Part shown: positions 47,634 through 56,168 of the stretch, in pieces | Layout: each line of letters begins with the position of its first letter | How positions within the stretch are numbered: position 1 is the first letter of the stretch | DNA from: a virus | Lineage: Duplodnaviria; Caudoviricetes | Virus record (IMG/VR): IMGVR_UViG_3300046163_000011 | Location: 1-57,797 of that record | Direction: 5' to 3' (one strand) | Length of the DNA stretch: 57,797 nt | The notes under the pieces: generated by a model | Database searches by the model: none | What the model was told of the DNA's origin: nothing | The model's input: the letters and a program-made list of their open reading frames with translations, nothing else | Position numbers and translations under genes: made by a program

Positions 47634-47910
47634 CTAGCTTTCCAGCAGACTGATCAGAAGAACCATCACTGTTTGGATTTTCTTCAAACTTATTTCCAAG
47701 CAACGACAGAAATACTGCGCCAGTCTTCTGGCTCATTTTTTTCCACCCGATAAGAGACAGAACAGGCTTCTCAACACCCCTCTCCATCTGGGCAACAAGG
47801 TCTTGCAAGACCTCATCAGAAAGTTCTAACTTGCCTGTGTAGTCAGGTGATTTGTCAGAACGCTTACGATTGTTGGTGAATAAAACACCTGATGGTGGAT
47901 ACTGGCTCAT
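47614..47910 (-). CDS. SSB-like protein (DUF736-like)
   Basis: LF.N..K..DKSPDYTG..GWKK..FLSL; acidic tail DDSVPF. Confidence 0.6.
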   Translation of the reverse strand: MSQYPPSGVLFTNNRKRSDKSPDYTGKLELSDEVLQDLVAQMERGVEKPVLSLIGWKKMSQKTGAVFLSLLGNKFEENPNSDGSSDQSAGKLDDSVPF

Positions 47911-48557
47911 GCCGCTTTTCCTTCTAAAGTTTCTTTGTGAGCGATGAAGTCTTTGAACACATCATCGTATAGGGCTTTGTCTTTTGTCTCCAAAAGATCG
48001 ATGGCCTTCTTGTTCTTTGCCCAAAACCCCCTTAATTCAGTTATGTCATTACACTCCGGTATGAAAGTCTTAAACACTTCCCCGACAAGGCTGTAGTCCT
48101 CAACGGTTTTTTTCTCACCGTTTTTGTTCTCAAGCTGTATCGTTTCTGGCTGTGGCTCAACACCCTCTGGCAAGTCTTCGCCAGCGTATATATAATGACC
48201 CAATCCGTGCATAGCACAGCACTTAGCCAAGCACCTCTGAATAGCAGTGTTAACGCTAAACGAGTCTGGATGCTTCATGGCTTTGTTTTTGAAATCCAGA
48301 ACAGGCAGTAACTCTGTCTGCTCATCGTCACCAATTTTTACAGTGACAGACACAAAAGCAAATCCTTGATCGTCCTTCATGTATGGATAAGTTCCATTTG
48401 TAGTATTGTACAAATGTTTTTGAAAGACCGCATTTGGGTAATGCTTCTTCACAATCCCCCAAGCCCATGCCCATGACAGGTACGTTAAGTTCCCCTTCTT
48501 CTCGGTGTGTTCAGACACATCGATACCAGAAAGCGTTTCCCATATTGTTTCGCTCAT
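47907..48557 (-). CDS. Sak3/DUF1071-like single-strand annealing protein
   Basis: EKKGNLTYLSWAWAW..LPVLD..N.AIQRCLAKCCAMHGLGHYIYAGEDLP. Confidence 0.85.
   Translation of the reverse strand: MSETIWETLSGIDVSEHTEKKGNLTYLSWAWAWGIVKKHYPNAVFQKHLYNTTNGTYPYMKDDQGFAFVSVTVKIGDDEQTELLPVLDFKNKAMKHPDSFSVNTAIQRCLAKCCAMHGLGHYIYAGEDLPEGVEPQPETIQLENKNGEKKTVEDYSLVGEVFKTFIPECNDITELRGFWAKNKKAIDLLETKDKALYDDVFKDFIAHKETLEGKAA
48397..48414. promoter_or_regulatory. Palindrome TTTGTA-N6-TACAAA inside a CDS
   Basis: TTTGTA GTATTG TACAAA. Confidence 0.5.
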
Positions 48558-49438
48558 TCACTAATCTCCTTTTTATACTGAGAGCAAAATTCAGCAACTC
48601 CACAATAGTTGCCCTTACATCGCACCAGTTCCCCAGCGCGGTGTTCTATTTCGACAGGAACAGATTGCCCTGCCGCAAAAGCGTCTGCGTCTGGTTCGTT
48701 CTCAAACACGCGCATCGCTCTTTTTAAACCCTTCTTTTTAACTGCCCAACTATCATCTCTTTTCCATTGATCACTGGGATAACATTTCACAAACTTATCT
48801 TCCAAGTCTTCCTCAAGGTCATACCGAAGTTCTGCCTGTTGATGAGCCTCTACCCTATGCTTTGCGTACTCAATTCTACGCTGATCAGACCATAGTGGTA
48901 TCTCTACCATAGCTACTGGCGCTTGAGGATAATTTGATTTGTATTGAGCATCTCGCCTGTTCCAATCCCTGAGAATTGCACAGATGGTTAACTTGGATAC
49001 TTTAAGACCTTTTGCCCTCTGGACGAGAAGAGCATACATATTCAGTTGCCGCTCCCACTCAACCTTGCCATGAATTACAGACCAAACGCTGGTCACTTTG
49101 TAATCGGTTATCTCAACAGAAGAGCCTTGTATCTTTTGGTGGTCTATCGCGCCAGATAAAGTCCACCCATCAATATCCACGAACAGACGTTCCTCTAAAA
49201 GAACGTCCTTCTCTTTTGAACTTTCTAGAATGTGATGAACTGCGGTTCCAAACAAAGGCCAAACCATATCGGTTACATCTGCTTGCCGATCAGAAGCGTA
49301 GTGCTTACGCATCTGATTTACCCTCGGACTGTCTATAAGTGTCGTAACGCTTATGTCAGCTTTGCCTTTACTATATTTATCGTTTCTGGCAAAGTCTAAA
49401 AAAGGTTGCGGTAGTCCGAATTTGTTGGTTATGTCCAT
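48554..49438 (-). CDS. PD-(D/E)XK (Cas4/RecB-like) exonuclease
   Basis: GTAVH..LE, LSGAID..ITDYKVT, QLNMY; C-terminal Cys cluster. Confidence 0.8.
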   Translation of the reverse strand: MDITNKFGLPQPFLDFARNDKYSKGKADISVTTLIDSPRVNQMRKHYASDRQADVTDMVWPLFGTAVHHILESSKEKDVLLEERLFVDIDGWTLSGAIDHQKIQGSSVEITDYKVTSVWSVIHGKVEWERQLNMYALLVQRAKGLKVSKLTICAILRDWNRRDAQYKSNYPQAPVAMVEIPLWSDQRRIEYAKHRVEAHQQAELRYDLEEDLEDKFVKCYPSDQWKRDDSWAVKKKGLKRAMRVFENEPDADAFAAGQSVPVEIEHRAGELVRCKGNYCGVAEFCSQYKKEISE

Positions 49439-49508
49439 AAGTTGTCTCCTTCCTCTAGGGTTATCTCATAGAGGCAAATAGATGTCAATAAGAAAATAAG
49501 GCACTTAA

Positions 49509-49907
49509 ATGTCTATAAAAACACATGAGTTTATTGTTTTTGGAGAGCCAGCTTCAAAGGCCAACAGTAGAAAAATTGTTTTGATACGAGGCAGACCAGC
49601 GTCTATAAAATCTGACAAGGCAAGAAAGTATGCAAAGTATTTTTTAGAGCAAGTACAGCCGATAGAAGAAATGTTCACAGGAGATGTTTGTGTTGAGATG
49701 GCAATTTTTTATGCCTCAAGAAGACCAGACCTTGATGAAAGTCTCATTTTGGATTTGATGCAGGGGGTTATTTACGCCAATGATCGACAGGTTAAACGGA
49801 AAAATATATATTGGGGGCTTGATAGAGAAAACCCAAGAACACTTATCAGAGTGTTATCTTTGGAGAGCAGTGATATCCCAAGCAGTCTCAGACGCATATC
49901 TGGATGA
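49509..49907 (+). CDS. RusA-like Holliday junction resolvase
   Basis: GEPASKAN..RRPDLD..ILDLMQG..YANDRQV..NPR. Confidence 0.75.
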   Translation: MSIKTHEFIVFGEPASKANSRKIVLIRGRPASIKSDKARKYAKYFLEQVQPIEEMFTGDVCVEMAIFYASRRPDLDESLILDLMQGVIYANDRQVKRKNIYWGLDRENPRTLIRVLSLESSDIPSSLRRISG

Positions 49908-50091
49908 CTATAGGCACAAACAGTCAGTAGCCGAGTGGATAGACACAGAAGACTTTGAAACTGTATGTGACTTTGCTGGTGTTGCCACACCACAAATGAG
50001 AGATAATATTCGTACCATACTACAATCAAAGCCAGCTATTGCCCGATACAAAGGCAGAAAGCTAAAAGATTTAATCGACAAAAAACACTGA
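49780..50091 (+). CDS. Hypothetical protein (start uncertain)
   Basis: LWRAVISQAVSDA..W..DFETVCDFAG pattern common in phages. Confidence 0.55.
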   Translation: MIDRLNGKIYIGGLIEKTQEHLSECYLWRAVISQAVSDAYLDDYRHKQSVAEWIDTEDFETVCDFAGVATPQMRDNIRTILQSKPAIARYKGRKLKDLIDKKH

Positions 50092-50145
50092 CTAGTAATA
50101 CTAGTTATAATATATATAAATATATAACTAGTTATAAGAACTAGT
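50091..50145. repeat. AT-rich element with four ACTAGT palindromes; candidate replication origin
   Basis: ACTAGT at 50091, 50100, 50127 and 50140 around an A/T-only core, upstream of the primase-helicase. Confidence 0.7.
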
Positions 50146-50180
50146 TGGCGGCACTTTTCCACATCATCCAAAAAACCTGA

Positions 50181-50209
50181 TTGACAGGCTCTCCTGCTGA
50201 TAATATGTT
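50181..50209 (+). promoter_or_regulatory. Sigma70-type promoter for the primase-helicase
   Basis: TTGACA-17 bp-TATGTT; SD GGAGA at 50221. Confidence 0.6.
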
Positions 50210-50232
50210 AGTGGTGTCGTGGAGAAATTATT

Positions 50233-52005
50233 ATGCAAGAAAACACTGTTATCCGTGGGGCGGCAGTCCGTCTAGGTTCTGGGCAACACAAAATTGTCTG
50301 CCCTTTCTGTTCAAGTCAGCGGAAAAAAGCTAATCAAAATCAGAGAACATTATCCCTCAAGATAGATGGCAGTGATATTCTGTATAACTGTTGGCACTGT
50401 GACGAGAACGGCATTGTTCCGTTTGAAGAAAAACAGATACCAATCAAGAGGGGAATTACTAAGATGGCTTTAGCTGTAAAGCATGACTATTCAGAATTAT
50501 CACAGAACACTATCGACTGGCTCAAGAAGCGCAGTATATCAGAAGACACAGCCAAGGACGCTGGCATTCAAACAAAGCGTCACTTCATAAACAGTTTGCA
50601 AAAAGAAGTTGAGTGTGTGGTGTTCCCATACACCAACAAAGGAAAGACCTACGCGGCAAAGATCCGTGCGTTAGAAGACAAGGGGTTTTCTTGTAACGGC
50701 GCACCAGCCAACTTCTTTAACTATGACAACATTGATCCGACAGATGATATATTTATTGTCGAGGGGGAAATGGATGCTCTTTCATTTATTGAGGCTGGAT
50801 TTGATAACGTGGTAAGCGTCCCAAATGGTGCAGTGATGAAGGTTGTTGATGGTAAGATTGACCCACAAGAGGATAACAAATTTAGATTTTTGTGGGATGC
50901 CAAGGACAAATTAGAACAAGCCCCTAAAGTAATACTCGCCACCGACAACGATGAAGCTGGCAAGGCTATGGGCGAGGAGATTGCCAGACGTATTGGCAAA
51001 GATAAATGCTGGGTTGTTGAGTTCCCAGATGGTGTAAAAGATGCCAACGAACTTCTGGTAAAGAAGGGGCGTAATGCGTTTGAAAAAATCATTGCGGGAT
51101 GTTCGCCCTATCCTGTGTCTGGTCTGTATGAGCCTGACCATTTCTTTGACAAGCTGGACACGTTATACGAAAAGGGTATGGGCAGGGGAGCATCCACTGG
51201 GTACAGCAACCTAGACGAGTTCTATTCGATTGTTGAAGGTCAGCTTACTGTGGTGACAGGCCACCCATCGTCAGGAAAGTCTGAGTTTGTTGACCAGCTA
51301 ATGGTAAATCTAGCTGAGGAAAGAGGGTGGAAGTTTGCCGTTTGCTCATTTGAGAATGACCCACCACTGCACATAGCCAAGCTAATATCTAAACGAATGC
51401 GTAAGCCGTTTTTTGCGGGACACACGCCCAGAGTTACGTCAGAAGAATTAGAAGAGGGAAAAAAGTTTGTCAAAAATCATTTCTCATTTCTGTATCAAAA
51501 CGATGGGGCAATGGCTACTGTGGATGGGATTATTGAACGCCTAAAGATTGCTGTTATGCGTCAGGGCGTAAGGGGTGCTGTTATAGACCCATACAATTAC
51601 ATTCAACAGGATAAGGGTGATCAGAGCGAGACAGGTTGGATATCCGATATGCTGACAAAGTTACGGGTGTTTGCAATGAGTCATGATTTGCACCTTTGGT
51701 TTGTTGCTCATCCGACTAAGATGTTGCGAGGCGTTGACGGTAAGATACCGCCGCCGAAGGGTTATGATATCTCTGGATCTGCCGCATGGTTTGCCAAAGC
51801 TGACATAGGTATAAGTGTGCATAGACCAGACCCAGTTGCCTCTGCAATGTCTGAGGTTCACGTTTGGAAGTGTAGGTTTAATTGGGTTGGTAAGCAGGGC
51901 GTTGCTGAATTGTATTTCGACCCACTGTCTATGACCTACTCAATAAACAACAGTAAAGATAATTTCCCAGCAAAGCCTATGGCGCTCAGTGAGGTTCCGT
52001 TTTGA
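50233..52005 (+). CDS. Primase-helicase (T7 gp4/Twinkle-like)
   Basis: Zn finger CPFC..CWHC; TOPRIM EGEMD and DND; helicase GHPSSGKS, VIDP, VAHP, DISGS. Confidence 0.92.
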   Translation: MQENTVIRGAAVRLGSGQHKIVCPFCSSQRKKANQNQRTLSLKIDGSDILYNCWHCDENGIVPFEEKQIPIKRGITKMALAVKHDYSELSQNTIDWLKKRSISEDTAKDAGIQTKRHFINSLQKEVECVVFPYTNKGKTYAAKIRALEDKGFSCNGAPANFFNYDNIDPTDDIFIVEGEMDALSFIEAGFDNVVSVPNGAVMKVVDGKIDPQEDNKFRFLWDAKDKLEQAPKVILATDNDEAGKAMGEEIARRIGKDKCWVVEFPDGVKDANELLVKKGRNAFEKIIAGCSPYPVSGLYEPDHFFDKLDTLYEKGMGRGASTGYSNLDEFYSIVEGQLTVVTGHPSSGKSEFVDQLMVNLAEERGWKFAVCSFENDPPLHIAKLISKRMRKPFFAGHTPRVTSEELEEGKKFVKNHFSFLYQNDGAMATVDGIIERLKIAVMRQGVRGAVIDPYNYIQQDKGDQSETGWISDMLTKLRVFAMSHDLHLWFVAHPTKMLRGVDGKIPPPKGYDISGSAAWFAKADIGISVHRPDPVASAMSEVHVWKCRFNWVGKQGVAELYFDPLSMTYSINNSKDNFPAKPMALSEVPF

Positions 52006-52304
52006 TGAGTGGTGGTTCTGATACCCGAAGGGGTGTAATGATGCTCAGTGAGGCTCAGAGCGCGATTAATGATAGGGGTGAGAACTATGGAACGCCCTTG
52101 GATAACTTTACGCGCATAGCTAAACTTTGGTCTGTTGTTTTGGGCGTAGAAGTACAGCCGCATGAGGTGGGGTTGTGTATGGATTTGGTAAAGACAGCAC
52201 GTTTGATTGAAACGCCTGACCACTACGATAGCTGGGTGGATAAAGCTGGCTATGCGGCGGCAACAATAGAATGTTTTGAAAAGGGCAACACAACGCTTGA
52301 TTAA
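52002..52304 (+). CDS. DUF6378-like protein
   Basis: DRGENYG.P.DNF.RIA.LWS..KTAR..DSWVDKAGYAA. Confidence 0.75.
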   Translation: MMSGGSDTRRGVMMLSEAQSAINDRGENYGTPLDNFTRIAKLWSVVLGVEVQPHEVGLCMDLVKTARLIETPDHYDSWVDKAGYAAATIECFEKGNTTLD

Positions 52305-52305
52305 A

Positions 52306-52323
52306 TTTGTAGTATGATATAAA
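52306..52323. promoter_or_regulatory. Palindrome variant (1 mismatch)
   Basis: TTTGTA GTATGA TATAAA right after the stop codon. Confidence 0.55.
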
Positions 52324-52361
52324 TATAAGGGGAACAGGAAAGTTGTTCCCTTCCACGACAA

Positions 52362-52389
52362 AGGGGCTGGCGTAAAAACCAGCCCCTTA
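52362..52389. terminator. Hairpin/terminator between convergent operons
   Basis: AAGGGGCTGG-cgtaaaaa-CCAGCCCCTT. Confidence 0.65.
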
Positions 52390-52484
52390 TTCTATGGGTG
52401 GTTGATGCGGTCAGGGAGGAAAACCCACTGCCACCGCACCAACCTTGAGGCTTACCCATTAAGCCCTCACACTCTGGCAGTGGA

Positions 52485-52688
52485 TTATCTGGTTGTGTTC
52501 CAGTGCATAGCGCATACCCGACCATTCGGTTCAAGGTCTGCGAAGTCACCATTTTCTGAGTTCGATAGCGTGTATTTTTCGCTATACTTGTCATAAACCA
52601 TTGTGGTGACATGAAGGGGAACAAGGCCCACCTTTTGGCACTCAAATATGTAAGACTCTTTTGCCTTATCGAAGGTTAACTCGCCCAT
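52485..52688 (-). CDS. Hypothetical protein (start MGELTFDK)
   Basis: SD GGGAG upstream. Confidence 0.5.
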   Translation of the reverse strand: MGELTFDKAKESYIFECQKVGLVPLHVTTMVYDKYSEKYTLSNSENGDFADLEPNGRVCAMHWNTTR

Positions 52689-52866
52689 GTTTACGCTCCC
52701 TTCTTGTAAGTTTAACAGCGCCAACAAACAAAACAAATGTTCCTGAGTACATAATTATCACACCTGTTATAAGATTGTTGTGCGGGTTCTCTAACCACCC
52801 AATACCAGCCATCATCATTAGAAGGCCAAGAATAAATACAAACCCCCAAAAAACTTTATCTCTCAT
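52666..52866 (-). CDS. Small 2-TM membrane protein (start MRDKVFWG)
   Basis: Two hydrophobic segments. Confidence 0.55.
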   Translation of the reverse strand: MRDKVFWGFVFILGLLMMMAGIGWLENPHNNLITGVIIMYSGTFVLFVGAVKLTRRERKHGRVNLR

Positions 52867-53122
52867 CGTACATTCTCCCTGTGAGCATATCAATATGATA
52901 TGTAAACTCATCATAAGTAAGCCAGTGATAAGGCGTGTGGTCAAGGTGAAATGAAGGTGTGGTCATGCCCTTGTGTGTTATGGGGCTGTCGTTAACGTCC
53001 ACATCTTCAACCTTATAAACATAATGCCAAGCCTTGCGGATCCCCTCATCGTCCTCATCGATCTCTGGCATATAACGATAGCCGTTGTATCGATAGGATG
53101 GTGCGTTATGCCAACTAATCAT
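52856..53122 (-). CDS. Hypothetical protein
   Basis: 88-aa coupled ORF. Confidence 0.55.
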   Translation of the reverse strand: MISWHNAPSYRYNGYRYMPEIDEDDEGIRKAWHYVYKVEDVDVNDSPITHKGMTTPSFHLDHTPYHWLTYDEFTYHIDMLTGRMYDER

Positions 53123-53310
53123 CAGTGCATCTCCCTTTGTTTGTGTAGCTTTGCAATCATCTTTAGCTTTTTGCCAGCCGATACTGCATGGGTGACAGAC
53201 TTATCTGCCACCTTATCTTCATGCATCTTTTGATTGTAGAAAGAATTAAGGGCAAGCAACAAGGCGTTTACCTCTTTAGAAGTAAACGAGATTTGTGTTT
53301 TCTTCTGCAT
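53122..53310 (-). CDS. Hypothetical protein (start MQKKTQ)
   Basis: Coupled ORF. Confidence 0.45.
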   Translation of the reverse strand: MQKKTQISFTSKEVNALLLALNSFYNQKMHEDKVADKSVTHAVSAGKKLKMIAKLHKQREMH

Positions 53311-53473
53311 CGTCAACAGCCTCTTCCAAAGTTTTTTGAGCATTCAGGGTTTCAATTAACTTTTCCCTGTTGTCATAATCATATGGCTGGGTAAGCTGTT
53401 CAACTAAATTGTCGAGTGCTACACCAACCGCGCAAGCCTCACCCTTAGTGAGAGTTAGTTTTACTAGTGACAT
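53276..53473 (-). CDS. Hypothetical protein
   Basis: 65 aa; SD GGAGA. Confidence 0.5.
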   Translation of the reverse strand: MSLVKLTLTKGEACAVGVALDNLVEQLTQPYDYDNREKLIETLNAQKTLEEAVDDAEENTNLVYF

Positions 53474-53565
53474 CGCGTTTCATCTCCTTCCATACATCCA
53501 TTACAAAACAACACCAGCCGACCATGCCGACTGATGAACCAATAATTAAAACAATCCAAACTAAA

Positions 53566-53781
53566 TCATTCATCATCTTCCCCTTCTATTTCATATTCTA
53601 ACCAGCCATTAGAAGCGTCAACTCCCAACAAAAACATTTCTTTATCTGCTTCTGTATTGAAAGCGTATGTTTCAGACTTATCTCTATCTGTACCCCATAT
53701 AATGGTAACAGCGTGATTTGCATTGTCGATATCCTCTTGGACTTGACCGATGCAATTAACCAGTGGTTTTTGTACTACCAT
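53566..53781 (-). CDS. Hypothetical protein
   Basis: 71 aa; SD AAGGAG; start codon inside a palindrome. Confidence 0.55.
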   Translation of the reverse strand: MVVQKPLVNCIGQVQEDIDNANHAVTIIWGTDRDKSETYAFNTEADKEMFLLGVDASNGWLEYEIEGEDDE

Positions 53782-53786
53782 ACAAA
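53769..53786. promoter_or_regulatory. Palindrome TTTGTA-N6-TACAAA overlapping a start codon
   Basis: TTTGTA CTACCA TACAAA. Confidence 0.7.
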
Positions 53787-53873
53787 TTTCTCCTTTTGTA
53801 ATCCTCGCCAGCGTCTATGCCAGCATCTACAACTATCATGAAAAGAAGGGCGGCAACTGCCGCCCCTCTGTAA

Positions 53874-54131
53874 TCACGTTTCATTCTTTATAATTCGTCT
53901 AATTTTGAAGCGATAATGCAAAACTTTTTTGCCCCACCAAACCCTATTGTATCGTCCGCTGGAAAACCCATATATATTGAATGCATCGGGACGGTTAAAT
54001 GTTTTCCATCTAAGGATGTAAAAACAGAAAATTACCCAATCACCTTCATTTACTTCATCCCAAGGACGAGGCCAATCAGATGGGGTGTTTAGTTTGGGTT
54101 TCTTGAATTTGTTGCCATTTTTATTTTTCAT
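53874..54131 (-). CDS. Hypothetical protein
   Basis: 85 aa; SD GAGGAG. Confidence 0.5.
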   Translation of the reverse strand: MKNKNGNKFKKPKLNTPSDWPRPWDEVNEGDWVIFCFYILRWKTFNRPDAFNIYGFSSGRYNRVWWGKKVLHYRFKIRRIIKNET

Positions 54132-54155
54132 GATTTTCTCCTCATCATCATTATA

Positions 54156-54932
54156 TTAGGTGTTGAACATCTTGGTCATATTACGAACCGCACGTTGACG
54201 TAACAGCTTGTAGGCCTTGGTCACGGTGTCGCTGTATGAGTGTGGGATAGCGTCCTTGCCATCAGCGGTTGCGACTGCTGGGTTGTGTTGTGACGTATCG
54301 CCGTATGTGCATAGGTAGCCTATCTCTGACGTACCCAGTCCATTCTTGAATGCTACAGCAGTCACCCTGTAGACGGTCATCCCTTCCTCTTGACAATATT
54401 TTACGTCAATAGGCTTTGCGGATAGAACAAACCTCTTGCCCTTGGATGAATTGATAATGGCAAGGCCACGCTGAAACACTGCACGATACCAAGAAATGCT
54501 GACTATTATATCAGTTGATTTGTTCCAACTGCTTTTGGGGTTGTTCTGTTCTGTGCCTACTTCTTTAGAAGAAGTGGCAATGTGAACATCAGTATTTGAG
54601 CGAGGGAAAAACTCCCCAAGTGTACTTCTTGCTTGGTCTTTTGTTAAGACCTTGTGCTTGCCCATAGGGTTGTAAGTTTCACGCAATGAACGGCTGTTCC
54701 TGTATGAACTTATCGCGCCCATGAGGTCATCTACATAATCATAAAACGCACCATACACCTTAAAGCCTTGAGATGTTTCTGTATCGAAATAATCTTTCAG
54801 TCCATCTAAGTTATGGCGGCTGGCTATCCTGATATCCTTAGCCATTTTATGAGGAACGCCCCAAGCATCGCAGGTATCAAGCATCTGCTTTTTTGCCAGT
54901 TCCATCATTTTGTAATTTTTTACTGCGTCCAT
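54156..54932 (-). CDS. Hypothetical protein
   Basis: 258 aa; SD GGGAG. Confidence 0.65.
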   Translation of the reverse strand: MDAVKNYKMMELAKKQMLDTCDAWGVPHKMAKDIRIASRHNLDGLKDYFDTETSQGFKVYGAFYDYVDDLMGAISSYRNSRSLRETYNPMGKHKVLTKDQARSTLGEFFPRSNTDVHIATSSKEVGTEQNNPKSSWNKSTDIIVSISWYRAVFQRGLAIINSSKGKRFVLSAKPIDVKYCQEEGMTVYRVTAVAFKNGLGTSEIGYLCTYGDTSQHNPAVATADGKDAIPHSYSDTVTKAYKLLRQRAVRNMTKMFNT

Positions 54933-54946
54933 TTTATTACTCCCAA

Positions 54947-54964
54947 TTTGTAGTGTGATACAAA
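54947..54964. promoter_or_regulatory. Palindrome TTTGTA-N6-TACAAA
   Basis: TTTGTA GTGTGA TACAAA next to the SD of gene 54932. Confidence 0.75.
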
Positions 54965-54978
54965 ATTAGAAAGCCGCA

Positions 54979-56118
54979 CTAGGCGGCTTCCTCTATTACT
55001 GCGATATCCCCGAAGGGCGGTGTCTTAGCGAAGCGGCTATCAGGTGCAGTAGATAGCCATAGCACTGGGTAGTCAGGCACCGTGTCTGGGTAATCCCAAA
55101 TGCCCATATCAGATACGACAAACATCTTGTCGCATCCTATTTGGTTGTCTCTGACATAGCGGAACAAAGGCTCTACATTAGTACCGCCCCTGTCATCACA
55201 GTCTAGCTGGGGCATTGTCTCACCCTTGGCTAGTGTAGTGTGACGAGTGCAACCGCCTGACCATGTTATGATGGTGACACTCTCAGGCTGGTAGTCCTCA
55301 ATAGCCTGATTGATAACGCCTAGTGCCATCTCCAATTCCTGACCAGACATAGAGCCTGATGTATCAGGTGCAATCACCCAGTCACCAACGCCTAGCTTTT
55401 TGACAGATGGATACCAGATGCGCTGTTGCGTCCAATACTTTTTCTGAGGGCGTGAGAAGGTGTAATCATCTGGCTGATCACCGCCAGCGAACCGCCGCAC
55501 AACGTCACCCCAATCGACAGTGACGCGCCGCATCTTGGCAATAATCTCCTCAATAGCGGCTGGCAGTTTGCCAACAGATTTTGCCGCATTCGCCGCCATC
55601 ATGGCACGTTGCTTGATGCTTGCCTGTTCCTGCTTGACCTGACCTTGTGATAGGTCAGAGCCGTCAGCGTTCTTTTGCTGTTTGACCTCACCCCAGCCGC
55701 CGCCCTCGCCGCCTTCTGGTGGTTGCGGTGGTAACAGGTCGTAAATCTTTTCTGCGGTCATCCCAGTATATTGTGGGTCAATCAAACCACCTTGCGGCAG
55801 TACCATGCCGCTATCGGTCAGCCAGCCGTTGATTGCATAATCGCAAGCAATGTTCCACTGCTCATGGTCACGTTTGCCCATGCGGATATGATGCCCCATA
55901 AATATGTGAGCAATCTCATGAGCGACAACACCCATGATTTCCTCGACAGTGTGAGCATCAACAAAGGCAGATGAATAGCCAATGTCCTTGCCATCAGTGT
56001 ACATTGTGTCGTGGTCATCATCCTGTTTCATACCGCAAGACATAGCCATAGACCCGAAGAAGGGATGCTGTAACATCAGCTTTGTGCGGCAGATAGCGAT
56101 TTTTTTCTGTGCGTCCAT
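54979..56118 (-). CDS. Metallopeptidase-vWA protein (DUF2201-like); start MDAQKK
   Basis: HEIAH (HExxH), WNIACDYAIN, MIDAS DTSGS, GGT, SD. Confidence 0.85.
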   Translation of the reverse strand: MDAQKKIAICRTKLMLQHPFFGSMAMSCGMKQDDDHDTMYTDGKDIGYSSAFVDAHTVEEIMGVVAHEIAHIFMGHHIRMGKRDHEQWNIACDYAINGWLTDSGMVLPQGGLIDPQYTGMTAEKIYDLLPPQPPEGGEGGGWGEVKQQKNADGSDLSQGQVKQEQASIKQRAMMAANAAKSVGKLPAAIEEIIAKMRRVTVDWGDVVRRFAGGDQPDDYTFSRPQKKYWTQQRIWYPSVKKLGVGDWVIAPDTSGSMSGQELEMALGVINQAIEDYQPESVTIITWSGGCTRHTTLAKGETMPQLDCDDRGGTNVEPLFRYVRDNQIGCDKMFVVSDMGIWDYPDTVPDYPVLWLSTAPDSRFAKTPPFGDIAVIEEAA

Positions 56119-56133
56119 TGTGTAACTCCCAAA

Positions 56134-56151
56134 TTTGTAGGGGGGTACAAA
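56134..56151. promoter_or_regulatory. Palindrome TTTGTA-N6-TACAAA
   Basis: TTTGTA GGGGGG TACAAA next to the SD of gene 56118. Confidence 0.7.
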
Positions 56152-56168
56152 ATGCACCCCCCAGATTG

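Noticed and set aside
48554-49438. Cas4-like nuclease as evidence of CRISPR
   Set aside because: No repeat-spacer array or other cas genes were seen; it sits with an annealing protein and SSB as a recombination module.
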